From Vermamoeba vermiformis (taxonomy: Eukaryota): a stretch of DNA of 64,000 bases. Of the stretch, positions 24,895 through 38,374 are shown piece by piece (positions within the stretch are counted from its first letter, which is position 1; each line of letters opens with the position of its first letter). The DNA lies in NCBI GenBank assembly GCA_045837725.1, contig JBEWZL010000163.1:310001-374000 (forward strand), written 5' to 3'. A model generated the notes under the pieces. The model was not told the DNA's origin, searched no databases, and saw nothing but the letters and a program-made list of their open reading frames with translations. The translations under genes were made by a program, and so were the position numbers.

Positions 24895-26835
24895 ATGAAC
24901 AAGTGGGTTAAAAGATTGCTAATCCGGCCGTTGATCCGGATGTTGATTATGTTTGGCGCAATCACATTTATGATCATTGTATCTATTTATGTGCGCGACC
25001 ATACAGGCTCTTATACATATTTCGAAGACCAAGACTTCAATTACGGCCCTTACAAGATCTCGATCCCACCTTACAACCGCACATTTAAATACAATATTTT
25101 ATTAAACGGCCATAGTCACACTAATAAGAATGGCAAAGTTAGTAAGTACAATATTGGCATTAATAAAACAATAATAAATAAAATTAATTATTTTACGGAG
25201 GATCGAAGAAAAATTTTCATTTTCAATACAATATTTGTTATTATTAATCTCGATATTAATAATGACCTTAATTTTACTAGATCATGACGATGGATTTTTG
25301 TCGGCAGAAGATAACCTAAAATGGCACATTGCTCACGGCTTCAACGCGACAATTATAACAGGGCACAATACTCTCGATTCAGGCACGTACATCTATATTA
25401 ATAATTTCCTATTCTTTTTTGAATCCACTTAATTCATTGAAATTTTCCTTTTTGCTAACATGACTCATACGAACAGCGCTTGCTGCACGAGAAATTGCCC
25501 GCGAAAAATACAACGACACTATAAAGGTATGTATAAGCTCATTTTATAACCATTTGTATGACTTTTGAAATTTTTTGAACCGAGATCTTCACGTGGAAAA
25601 TTAACTCAGCTTACTGTGATTAATATGTTACTTATGCTAACTATTATGATGTTACTAGGTTATATTGGGCATGGAATGGACTTCGTGTCGCTTGCACATG
25701 AACTTGATTGGCATCAGCGAGCCAGTGAAACTTATCGCAGATCCGACAGACGACGACATCAAGCAAATCATCGCAGATGTGCACAAACAAGGAGGGCTTG
25801 TCGTTGTCAATCACAGACCGTGGAGTCTTAATGCTTTGACGCATGTGCCTACTCGCGAGGACTTCTACAAGTACGTGTCGCACTCAGATCCGCATTAACG
25901 AAATTTCCATTGATTAACTTTATTACGAGTAGATGGGGCGTTGATTATATGGAAGTTGCTTCGGGTGATTATTTGGACTTGCAGACTTTGTTCTTCGTGC
26001 AAGACCACGATTTGGGCCAAATCACTGGTAGGTCACCAAAATACGTTCATTTATGATAATTTTTACACTTTTTTCGAACATTTTTTAATTGCACACGTCA
26101 CACTTTCGAGTGTCAGTGTGGCCTAGATAGTCTTTATATCAATGACACGTGTCAAATGCGAATATGAGACTGACACGAGCTATTTGATGTAGGAGTTGAC
26201 ATGCACACGCCCTCACCAGTGTGGTGCTACTCCGTGCTAAATGCTGAAGAATTCACTGAAGAAGCGATCTGGACCGAGATCAAAGCCAAGCGAACTTCAT
26301 TCATTTACGACGCGTATCCTGCTTACGGGTACGTCAAATCACCTTATCAGCTGAACATACTATTTGTACTCGGCGTCCTAACTGTGTTATTATAGTCAAG
26401 AACGATGGTTGCAATCATCCACCAATGACTGGGTCCAGCCTTTCGTGTGGTTCGGAAACATGATCCGAGACAAGTACGTCAAAAAAATTGTTCCGTTAGG
26501 CTTAATATGGTTACTAATATCTATTATTATATAGCTTCTTCTGGGAAAGACATGGTATTTGGAATTTCATCGATGGATTCTGCGGCGATGAAGGTGCTCG
26601 TGGCGTACGTTGGGACCTGATCTGGATCACGTTCTTTTGGGTCATGTTCTTCTTTGTCATGTTCGAGATTGTTGTGCGCGGTATTATTGGATTCCTTATT
26701 ATCAAGTTATTATGTCAGCGTGCTATTTGCAAATCGAAGAAAAACAACAGCAAGAAGCGCAAGACGTACTTCGGGTTGGATCAAGAAGACGAAGAATTCG
26801 ACGAATTTATTAGCAGAGATCATAGCAAATTTTAA
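24895..26835 (+). CDS. PHP-domain (polymerase/histidinol phosphatase-like) metallo-phosphoesterase with N- and C-terminal transmembrane segments
   Basis: NGHSHT...DDG, ITGHN, GMEWT...HMN, GGLVVVNHRPW and GVDMH motifs across exons. Hydrophobic helices near both ends. Confidence 0.8.
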
Positions 26836-27013
26836 TATGCCAAGACATTTAATGTATAGTTTGTTTTAAATAGACTTTAGAGAAAATAATTGGAATCCAA
26901 ACTTTTCTTTGCAGATCCGTTCAGTTTTTCGCTGCGAAATGAAATTCGTGCGTAAACCTTTTTTGTTTTTGTTTTTTAACAATTATTACACCGAATACCA
27001 CAAATCAACACAA

Positions 27014-27880
27014 ATGACTTTTTTAAAGCGATTATCACTGGAAAATCTTGAGTTTAAGGAATATCAAAAGGATCTACAAAAACAGCTGATCGACAACTGC
27101 AGCTACATTAAGGATGCAAAATACAGAGTATGCTCGTCGGTGGAGTCGTTGAAAAAGATGTATGGCCATAATCTGAATATGGAAATCTTGCTCATTCATT
27201 ACTCGAATCTGTTCGAAAAAGTTAATCCACCAACGGATTTAAAAACAACCAGAAAAATCGTCAAAGAAGCTAAAACCATTTCACACGTGTTGACCTGCGT
27301 AAAGCATATATTTAATGACGACATTCCGACGCAAACACGACTAGTAATGCAGCACTTTGTGGCATTGAGAACGATCCTGGGTTACGAAGGAGATCTGAGC
27401 GAGGAATTGATAAAATTGGCTCACAGAGTGCTGATGAAGGGTATTAAAGATGATGAAGGTCTTGACGTTAATGAAGGGCATTATAGAACGGAATATGTAG
27501 CAGCCAAGCACCATCTTTTTATTAGTCCAGAATATGTTCCAGAAAGCATGACGAAACTGGTGAACGACTTCAACGAAGCTGCAAAAGACGAATCTATCGA
27601 TCCATGCTTACTTGCGGGTTGGTTAATGATGCAATTCTTGCAGATCCATCCGTTTAACGATGGCAATGGTCGGATGTCGAGAATTCTCTTTCAATTCGCA
27701 TTAAAAAAACGTAGAATGGCTGTAATCGTACCTTTGGTCACCCCAAATAACGTCAGCATCTTCAAAGACTGTTTGAAGCATAATCAAAGGCACCAGGAGA
27801 TTGCAAAGAGATACAGCACTGTTTGGGCTTATTCTGCTGGATGCGTTGCCGATGCTTTCCGATCTTTTCTTAAGGAATAA
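27014..27880 (+). CDS. Fic/Doc (Fido) domain protein, intronless
   Basis: Single ORF with the canonical Fic motif HPFNDGNGRMSR and upstream AHRVLMKG / GHYRT. First likely ATG at 27014. Confidence 0.92.
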   Translation: MTFLKRLSLENLEFKEYQKDLQKQLIDNCSYIKDAKYRVCSSVESLKKMYGHNLNMEILLIHYSNLFEKVNPPTDLKTTRKIVKEAKTISHVLTCVKHIFNDDIPTQTRLVMQHFVALRTILGYEGDLSEELIKLAHRVLMKGIKDDEGLDVNEGHYRTEYVAAKHHLFISPEYVPESMTKLVNDFNEAAKDESIDPCLLAGWLMMQFLQIHPFNDGNGRMSRILFQFALKKRRMAVIVPLVTPNNVSIFKDCLKHNQRHQEIAKRYSTVWAYSAGCVADAFRSFLKE

Positions 27881-28054
27881 ATAGCTCGACTATTATTACT
27901 CAATACTCACACTCCTGGAGCAAGGCATTATTTTTAAAGTTTTTATTCGTTTTTGTACAAGACAATATTACATTTTTAATAGATTTGGAGTTAATTCAAA
28001 ATAAATAGTGGCGATTAATAATACTGCTATTAATTGACATGTCCACGAGGGTTT

Positions 28055-31000
28055 TTAGACGACGGTATCAATGTCAGCTGAGTTCTCGTCGTCCTTAAGC
28101 AATCTGTGATCGCGTCTCTTCTTAGCAGGTCTCTCGTGAGCTTCCATAGGAACAGGAATCATACGGAACAAGAAACCTATTCAAAAAGAATTAGATTCGG
28201 ATCGGGATCTTGCATCAGCCAGAAAAAATCTAGACTTTATCGACTTGACGTATTCATATGTTGAGTAACTTACCTAAAGGAATAGACAAAGCACCAATGC
28301 AGATTGAAGCGATCCACAAGTCCCAGTCCATGTTCTTGGTCGAGAAGACGATGTCACCAAAGGCGGTGATAATGACTTGCACGACAACAATGACGAGGAA
28401 CAAAATGACGAAGATCTTGTTCTCAAAGATGCCTTGGAAGATGTTGGGCTCTATAATAACAATAGGGTTAATTATCCAGTCCGAAAACTTGTCGTCAAGA
28501 TCGTGATCCAAAACTTACCATCATTAACACGTCGAGCGTTGATAATGTTGAAGACTTGCAAGAAGATGAAAGTAGTGAACAACATGGTGTAGTGCATGTT
28601 GGGGTTAGGGTTGTGAACACCGTACTCGCCACGGTCCTTGAAGCCCCAGATGGCGTCACCAGCGTACAAGATCACCAACAAAATGGCAATCTAATGCATT
28701 ATCATTAGCACTTTATGGATATATTGAGGTGTTTTTTTTACGTACCTGCCAGATACCTTGAGTAAGGATGTTACGGATCATGATCCAAGACAACAAACGG
28801 GAGTGACGACTAAATAAGCAAAGGTTACTATCTATATATACAAAATGATATTAGTAATACATACCCATAAGGCTTGCGGTCCAACAACTCTTCAGTGGGT
28901 TTCTCAGTACACAAGGCCAAAGAGGCGATGGTGTCCATGACCATGTTAACCCACAAGAGCTGAATAGCCTTGAGAGGAGTGCCGTAGTTAGTGGATGCGG
29001 AGATGACGCAGACACCGAGAGCAGCAAAGTTGACAGTCAATTGGAACTGCAAGAACTTTCTGATGTTGTCGTACACGCAACGACCCCACAAGACAGCCCT
29101 GACAATAGACACGAAGTTGTCGTCCAAAATGATAATGTCAGAGGCTTGTTTAGCGACAGCAGTGCCAGAGAGACCCATGGCAAGACCGACATCGGCTTCT
29201 TTGAGGGCCAAAGCGTCGTTAGTACCGTCACCAGTCATGGCCACGACTTCACCGTTCATTCTCAATCTACGGACGAAGATTAGACCATGTTTGGTATCAT
29301 AAGTATGTATAGCTTAATAATATGTAATTCATACGAATTAGCGTCCTCCTCACACTTCTGACGAAGTGCATTAGGAACGAGGAATTCAATTTTAATCACG
29401 CGAAAAGTTGTCCGATCTGAAGTCACGAAGTAGCTTGCTTACCTCTTAACGAGCTTGTACTTGTCTTGAGGACGAGAACGAGCCAAGACTTGCAATCTGG
29501 GCAAGATGTCGTCGACTTGTTCGTCAGTCAAGGCACCGAAAGCGGGACCTTCCATAGCAATACCACCAGGAGTCAAAATACCGCAGTCTTCAGCGATCTT
29601 CTTGGCAGTCAAGATGTTGTCACCAGTAATCATGCGCACGAAGATACCAGCACGCTTGCAATCGCGGATGGATTGAACGACAGGAGCACGCAAAGGATCT
29701 TCAATACCGACAATGCCCAAGAGGGTGAGGCCGCTCTCGGCGTTCTCGGCGGGCTCGCTCTTCCAGTCATGCTCTTTGTGGCTAAAGGTACGAGTAGCAA
29801 TGCAAAGAGTACGAAGAGCCTTGCCAGCCATGTACTCAATGAAGTCGTTGTATTCGGCGGCCTTCTCGGGAGTAAGTTCTTTCAACTCGCCCTTGGCGTC
29901 GACGTAAGTGGTGCAGCGACCCAAGACGATCTCAGAGGCACCCTTAGTGTGGATTCTGTAGGCGGTTCTGCCTTCAGGATCGGCCTTGGGCAACTTGATG
30001 ACGGTAGACATACGCTTACGAGCAGAAGAGAAGTCATAGCTGCAGGATATTAGTCGCTTGCCGAGGCACGAGATTGGCTACAAGTACTTACATAACCTTG
30101 ATCTTATACTCTTCACGGATAGCCTTGTAGTCATAACCCATACGCTTGGTGCACAAGACAAGAGCGCACTCAGTCTTGTTACCAATGAACTCGATGGGCT
30201 TGCCTTCTTCTTCGTTGACGTGAGCCTTGGAGTTGACACTGACAGACTCGAAGAACAAGTTCTTGGCGACGTCGTTGAGGTTGGCGATGGGCACAGAGTT
30301 GAAGCGCACATCACCGATGACACCCTCGACGACAGTCATTCTGTTCTCGGTCAAAGTACCAGTCTTGTCTGAGCAAATGTTGGTAGCACCACCCATAGTC
30401 TCGCAGGCTTCCAAGTGACGAACCAAGTTGTTATCAGTCAACATCTGCTTCATGGAGTAGCTGAATCATGACATTAATATCACCGTGCTAGCAGTCAATA
30501 TTAACTTTCACTTACGCCAAACTGATAGTGACGGCAAGAGGCAAACCTTCAGGGACAGCGACGACGAAAATGGTAACTGCGATAAGAGTTAGACTGGGCT
30601 GAAGTGGAGACATTGCAAAGGTGAGTTTGACTTACCGGCAACAATGAAGAACTCGACAATACGAGTGCCCTTAGAAGGTTCCCACTGGTGACCAGCGACT
30701 TCATCAACACCCCACCAGATCATCAACACGACGAACACGACGACGGCGCAAACGACACCGACTTTACCGACGAGCAAAGCGACCTTCTCGAGCTTCTCTT
30801 GCAAAGGAGTTTGAGGTTGTTCAGTGGTCAATTCTTCCATGGTTCTACCCCACTCTGTTAAGCGCAAATTGATTAGGAACTGATGCTAAGCAAGAGTTTA
30901 AAAGACAATCATACCAGAGTTAGATCCGACACGCATAGCCAACATACGACCAGAACCTTCGGCAATGTTGCTGCCAGAAGTCAAGAACGGGTCTTTGTGG

Positions 31001-32406
31001 CTCTTCAAGATGGTATCAGATTCACCAGTCATGTTGGACTCGTCGACAGTCATGTTGAAACCGTCAATGTACAAGCCATCAACAACAATGCTGTCACCCT
31101 GTATATTTGATACGTCAGTATTTTGTAATTTTATAGGTAAGCAAGTATTTGGTGTAGGGTTTAAAGAAAAGGAGATCCAAAAAAGTTGGCGCGAGGATCA
31201 ATTTTAAAAATTCTAAAAATTCCAGGCGTACCTGTTCAAGCACGATAATGTCTCCAACAGTGAGTTGATCGACGAGGATTTCTCGTTCCTTGCCTCCACG
31301 AAGAACCTTGGCTCTTTCGTCCTTTCGGCTCTCGTTCAGCTCGCGGAACTGTCTATCTTTCTTGTAGTTGTTAATTGACTAAAAATATAATTAAATTAGT
31401 ACGCCATCGAAGTGGTTATTACAATGAATATATTGAGAATAAGAAAGGATCTTACCGAGACTAAACCAATAACAATGACTACGACAATAATTGCAAGACC
31501 GTCGACCCATTGTGGTCCAGTATCATCAGCAAGGGCTGCGACGGGAATAACTTTTTGATCCAGCAAGATACCAAGAATAAGAGAGACCAAGGCGGCGATA
31601 ATCAAAACGACCATAATAAGTTCCTTGATCGCCTCCCAAAAAAGCTCGAAGAAGCCAGCTGGAGGGGGTGTACGAAAGACGTTCTTGCCATAGCTGTTAA
31701 TTAGGTCAAGGAATATAAGCAAAAGGAGTGAAAAGATATTTTATGCAAGATTCGATAAAATGCAACCCGTCATGAAAAATTAAGAATTATCGATCCTATC
31801 AGTACGCAGCAGTTTTAAAACGAGGCCTATTAAACAATTTCATTTCGTGAAGATTGAGCCGTTAGCCCACTGTCTCACTTTTGAAATTGCTACCACATAA
31901 ATACAGCAAATAATTTGCGACTTTATACAGCACGCAAATGTATGTGTACTAAAGGATCGATAAGGCGCAGAGTGAATTGCGGGAGCGTAAAATCAGTATG
32001 AAGAAATCTAGATGTAGTGTGAATTCTAACTGCCGTAAATAAGACAGAAACAATAAATAAAAAATATAATGAATTGCACTAAGTTATATGCGAATAGATT
32101 TGGCAGATTAGAAGTCTAATCAAAATAGTTAAAGCTCGTTGATCGCTGGTCATGCGAATTAAAATAGGTTGTAAAAGGATACTATGCGTAACGCTTCTCG
32201 AAGCCATTGTTTTCTTCTTCTGCTGACAAGCCCTCCTTGAGATTTGTTCGCAAAGCCACGGCAATTGTTTCAAGTCCACCAAGATCTTGTATTTTCTGAG
32301 CGACATTGCCGTTCATCAAGGTGTTAATGGCATTGACAGGCAATGGCCATTCGCTCTCCATATTGAGCTCATTTAATTCAACTTCGTTTAGCACTTGGTG
32401 CGTCAT
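28055..32406 (-). CDS. P-type IIB Ca2+-ATPase (PMCA/PMC1/PAT1-like), multi-exon, short C-terminal tail
   Basis: [76 protein letters not shown]. Confidence 0.95.
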
Positions 32407-32716
32407 GGTTGAATAGATTAGCTTGGGCAAGTAGATTGGTCTTATTATTTGGTCAAGCAAATGCCAAATATGTTAATCCAAATAAATAAAAAGCCCAGTT
32501 GCTGTCTGCACGTAAAAAATAAGTTCGATAATAAAAGATTTAGCGCGAGACAATCATGGCGCGTGCACGAAAAAACGAAAAAACGAAAAAACGAAAGAGC
32601 GCACAAAACAGCACGTGCTCAACAATTTAGTGGCCGTTGTTGGACAGCACGGTAAACACAACGCGACAGCAGCGATAAACTCACAGCAAGAATTCTACAC
32701 CGAAAGCTCCGGGGTT

Positions 32717-33468
32717 TTATTTTTTAACGTTAAAGTTCATAAAATTAGCTGGATCCGCTGGTAGTTGCCCTGTAAACTCTGCGCCACTAAAGTCAAACCC
32801 TGGATTCTCATTTTGAAACTTCTCTAGCATCATTTTCTTGTTCATTTGCTCGAGTACGAGTGGATCAGCCTCTTCTTGGCCCTTTACTAAGGACCGCCAA
32901 GACTCGTGTGCCTTTGCCTTTGTAAGTTGCAAACTCAAACTCTTTTTATCCTCTAGACAAACAATGAGTTCTAACAGCAGAGCGTCGTGCACGAATAATT
33001 GTAACTTACCAATTGTCCAAACTGTTTCTTTTGGTTGTACAAGCCCGAATAACTCGCCCTTTAATTAATATTAACTTAGTCAAAGGTAATACTTGCATAG
33101 TGTACGCATCTGAACCCTACCTCGACGATCGCAGGCTGACCTTTCAGTCCCACTTTTATATGGTTCGACTTTACTGTACAATCTATTTGTTTCGATGCAG
33201 TTCCTTCTGGTATTGGTATATTGACGTGCACTTCCTCTATTGTCTGTGTCCAAGTGAATTTTGACGTGGCTGCATCCACCGTACCTTTACAGACCGATTT
33301 AAAATTAATAACACCGCATATTTGGAATGGAAAATATACGATAGAAATTATAGCAGTATTCTCAGCACGACAGAAATTACTGTTGTCGTGTAAATTTGCA
33401 AAACTTCGTGATCGGAACGAAATCTCGACAAAACTTACTTACGTACCAGCTTTTTCCAACCAAGCCAT
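32717..33468 (-). CDS. NUDCD2: NudC domain-containing protein 2 (CS/p23 domain co-chaperone)
   Basis: WTQTIEEVHV CS domain and C-terminal KKMMLEKFQNENPGFDFSGAEF. Four exons. Confidence 0.9.
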
Positions 33469-33646
33469 TTAAAAATATTTATAAGCGTTGTTTCCTTCTC
33501 GTTTCGATGCGAAGTTCGGCTAACAGACTTCGCGTCGGGTTGAGAAGAAGATTTGACAGTCAAATTTCCTGCGAGATTTTTTTCGGTCAAAACCACAAGA
33601 TTTTTTTGGTCAAAGTACTATTCAAATTACTCACTCAAAACACACC

Positions 33647-35384
33647 ATGGCCGCACCTGAACTTAGCCGTTTGGCAGTTAGCATTACTGCTCACTCTTGG
33701 AATGCCGACAAGACCAGTACGATATCGGCAGATATTTTTGTTCATCTCGATGAGAAACAATATTTATTATTACCGGGCTTATTAATTAATATTATCGTTT
33801 TATAGGAGTTGCCCTTTGCCCCAATAACAACGAAATTCGTATTTATGCTAAGCAAGGCGCTGACTTCAACTTGGAACATGTTTTGACTGAGGTAAATCTG
33901 AGGAAAATCTTTTTCTTAAAGATACGAATGATTATGGCACGGAATCAAACAAACAACGAGGAATACAATGTGGAAATGCACGAACGAGATTGCACTGCCC
34001 AAATACACCTTTTAGAAATCTAATAATTATCGAAAAAGGGCTGCAATAATTTACGCGTTATTGCATACATGATTCATTATAATATTTTAATTGGTCTTAT
34101 ATGTGCCAAATTTGTTATAATTTTTATATTTTACGAGTATAGAAGATTAACGAGATTTTTTCTTCACATGCAGCACGATGCCGTAGTTACTTCCATCGAT
34201 TGGGCTCCTAAGACAAACAAGATCCTTTCTTGCTCTCAAGACAGAAACGCTTATGTCTGGAACTTCCAAAACGGTGTTTGGAAGCCAACCCTCGTAATCT
34301 TGCGAATCAACAGAGGTGCTACTCAATGCAAATGGAGTCCCAGAGAAGACAAGTTTGTTGTTGCTAGCGCTGAGAAGTTGGTCTCTGTCTGCTACTTCGA
34401 AAAGGACTCAGACTGGTGGGTCAGCAAGCACATCAAGAAACACGAATCCACCGTTTTGGATGTCGCTTGGCACCCGAACAACATTCTCTTGGCTACCGTC
34501 GGCAGCGATTCTAAGTGCAGAATTGTCTCCGCTTTCGTCAAGGGTATTGATAAGAAGTAAGTTTGCTTTTATTTTCCGAACCTACATCCAGTCGATCACG
34601 TTACTTACCCATTGAACCTTACAGGGAAGACGTCTCTGGCGGTACTGCCTTCGGTGACCGTTTGCCCTTCGGTACTCACTTGAAGGACTTCGACGCCAAC
34701 GGTTGGGTTCACACCGTCAAGTGGTCTCCTTCTGGCAACCAGTAAGTGCTCGAACACACGTTATTGTGGTAAATTAGGCATTTATTAACTATATTTCCTA
34801 CCCTAGACTCGCTTATGCTAGCCACGACTCTACTTTGAGCGTTGTTGAATGCAGCACTCAAGAGCACACCACTCAAGCTGTTCGTTACAGATACTTGCCC
34901 CTCGTCGACCTCTTGTGGGTCAATGAGAATTCTATCGTCGGTGTTGGTCACGATTGCAACCCCTTCTTGTTCCAAAAGCAGGGTGCTAACTGGTATGCTC
35001 TCACGTGATCCGTTCTCAAATTCTTGCGAGTGCATTCAGCTAATTTGATTGAAATCTGCAGGCAATTCGTTGCTGCTTTGGATCAAAAATCCCAAAAGGC
35101 TGGCCCTGGCTTGAGCACCAAGGAAATGTGGGTCGCCAAGACTGAACGTGCTGACGGTGGTCAAGATCGTGAGTTGGGCACCAAGCACCAAAACTGCGTC
35201 ACGTAAGTTGCACCACTGATTCAACTTAGCGTAATGTTGCGTATTAACCGTGCTTTATAGCTGCATCCGAGCTGTTGCTGGTGCTCCTAACGCTGTTACC
35301 TCCTTCTCCACCACCGGTTTGGACGGCAACATCATTGTTTGGCAGACTAAGGCCTTGGAGACTCAACTTGGCGTGAAGTTCTAA
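33647..35384 (+). CDS. ARPC1: Arp2/3 complex subunit 1 (p41, WD40)
   Basis: [78 protein letters not shown]. Confidence 0.96.
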
Positions 35385-35893
35385 ATACCTGTTAAATTTT
35401 GAACAACGAGTACTTACGTTTTTGAGCGACGTAATTGTAATCTTTTTTCTACCGTGCTTCACCTTGCTGATCTAGGGCTTCGTGTAGTGCGATATAAAAT
35501 AAACTGTACGATTAACATAATACCTCTTACATTGTTTGACAGAAGAGTGCAACAGTGCAGAATTGATGTTCGCTACTTGACACTTCTTGTTGTCTGGTTA
35601 CCGTTGAAAAAAGCGTTTTAACCAGAACGCGCCAAATACGAATTTATTTTAATAGGGAAGACCAAATCTCAGACCTCATCATCCAAAAGGTCATTGTATA
35701 ATGTAAGTATCCACTCTAGTGCTTAATTGAAGGTGGCTAGCGAGTTTGAGTGCGCGATTCGACGATCCGCTCGCGAACTTGCCTTAGCCGCTTCTTAATG
35801 ATAAATTAGAATCACGGATTTGTTATTGACGATTGCATTGATGTGCAGAGAATATTTGGTCTCTTGTAAATAGTTTAGAGGAAATCTGAAGAG

Positions 35894-38077
35894 ATGGGTG
35901 ACAACGCAGACGAGGGAGAGTAAGTAAATTTTTATTATTGATATAAAAATTATTTTACATCGTATATTTGCTAAATACATCGTTATTATAATTATCGGAC
36001 GCTAAGAAAGTTTTTAAAAAATAATTATTATCGCTATTATTGTTTATTACCATCACCAGAAGTATTATTGCAAATTGATTATTGAATACGAAATACATGT
36101 TTTAAATAAATTATTATAGCGGTCGCGCGAAGAAGCGACGTAAGACAGCGAAGGACAAAGAGAAAGAGAAGGAGGAACAAGGTACATAGGCCTTATTGAC
36201 ACGGACCATGTAAAGGTCATGTACTAACCGCTATTGTGCAGCTATTATCGGAGAGGCAGTTCAATATCACTGTAACTACTGCCGAAAAGATATTTCGTAC
36301 GGTGTTCGAACACGATGTGCCGTTTGTAACGATTTCGATCTCTGTATTGAATGTTTCTCTGTTGGTGTGGAACTTCAGGGACATCAAAACAATCATGATT
36401 ATAAGATTATAGTACGTAGATAGCGAACAATACCTCGAGTAACACGTGCTATTGATGACGATATTAATGGAATTAATGCGTGTAGGATGCCATGCACTTC
36501 CCATTTTTGAGTGAAGACTGGGGAGCTGACGAAGAAATTTTGTTATTGGAAGGCATGGAAGTGTGCGGTGCTGGTAACTGGGAGGATATTGCAGAGCACG
36601 TCACAACAAAGACGAAAGAAGAATGCGAAGAGCATTATTACAAATATTACATTAACTCGCCGAACTGGCCGCTGCCGGTGAGTACAATGCGCGAAGGGCT
36701 CATGGAGGTTTAGATATTCATTGTTATCCTTAGGACTTGTCGAAAATTATGTCAACGAGGGAGGACGTGATGAGGCTAAACTCTGGCAAGAAGACACGCG
36801 AGGATGGAACAAACATTAGTGTCACTAACACACGTAAACCTCGACCAAAGAAGCCGATTAACAACAAAGTAAGCAGGAGTTACGACATTTGAACGTCACG
36901 AACTAACGTTTGTCAGACCGCGCCATCAGTGCCTGTCGATCCTGACTTGGCTGGTTTCATGCCTAAGCGTGGTGAATTCGAAACCGAATATGATAACGAC
37001 GCAGAGTTTCTTATTAAAGACATGGTGTTCGATGAAGAAGACACTCCTGAAGAAAAAGGTTCGTGTAGCTATGCTGTTTTCATCGTGTACTAACGTAGCA
37101 ACTAGACGCGAAGGTGCAACTGTTACAACTATATAATTGGAAGTTAGATCGTCGAGCACAACGACGACAGTTCGTTTTAGATCACGGTCTTCACGATTTG
37201 AAAAAGATTGCTGCACTGGAGAAGAAACGAACGAAAGAAGAAAAAGAAGTTTATACTAAGACAAAGAAGTACTTGCAGTTAACAACCAACGAGGACTACG
37301 ATGAGTGGGTGAAGGGATTGGTGATCGAAAAGCAATTGAAGGAGCGTATTCAACAGTTGCAAGAGTACCGACGAATGGGATGTCACACATTGGCCGAGGG
37401 TGAAGTGTACGAGAAAGAGAAGAAGGCTCGAGAAACTGCCAAGCGACAGAACTATCCTAAGACAGTCGGCAGAAAGCCAATCAAGAGGCAGATGGAGCCT
37501 GGTACGTCGCGCTCATTTGTTATCTGTGCTCGTGCTAACGATTTGGTCGGTTCAGTTAACACAGCCTTGGACATTACGGGCAAACCTTCAGTGGACTTGT
37601 TGTCAGACAAGGAGCGAGACTTGTGCAGTGCTCTGAGGTTGTATCCCGAGCAGTACTTGGTGATTAAAGAGACGATGATCAGGGAGTTCTTGAAGTCGAA
37701 CATGTTGAACAAAGCACACATTACTAAGATTATTAAGATTGGTGAGTACTGTTCCATATGATATGAGGTGTCTTCTGTTATCAATGTATGCTAATGTTTT
37801 GTTATTTAGACCCTGCGAAGGTGAGTCGAATATTCGACTTTTTCGAGGAGAGCGCGTGGATCAACCGCCGATCTCAACAACCACAACCTCAGCCTGGTCA
37901 ACCCGGACAACCAGGTCAACCAGGCCAGCCGGGTCAACCTCAGATAAGGTAACGGCACTTGCATATTGTAACGCGAATGGGCCCTAACAATCGTTTTTTA
38001 GACGTCCGTCAGTTCCCGGTCAACCCATGCCAAACGGCGCACCAGTACCAATGGGATATCCAGGTCCAAATGCATAA
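35894..38077 (+). CDS. ADA2: Transcriptional adapter ADA2 (ZZ zinc finger, SANT, SWIRM)
   Basis: [10 protein letters not shown]...[29 protein letters not shown]...[53 protein letters not shown]. Confidence 0.95.
37875..37943 (+). repeat. Coding (QPG)n tandem repeat in the ADA2 C-terminal tail
   Basis: cagcctggt caacccgga caaccaggt caaccaggc cagccgggt: 9-bp units varying only at synonymous positions. Confidence 0.8.
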
Positions 38078-38374
38078 TAATGACTGTATTTGGATAGATG
38101 AAAAGAGGCACTATTTATTTGAACGATAATAAATGAAATGTAGAACTAAGCAGTTTGATCTGATTTTTCGGCGCGTGTTCAGTCGGAACAATGTGGAAAT
38201 GCGCGGGGTGAATTTTAATCACTAACAATGTCAATGAATGACATAAGTTCAAGCTAGAAATAATTTTGTTATTTGTTTATGTTCAATACATTCTGCAGAT
38301 CCTTAGGTGCGATCAGGGTAGCGTCGCGCAGATCAACTGTAATATCGAAGAAGTTAAATTTTAAAAAATATATT

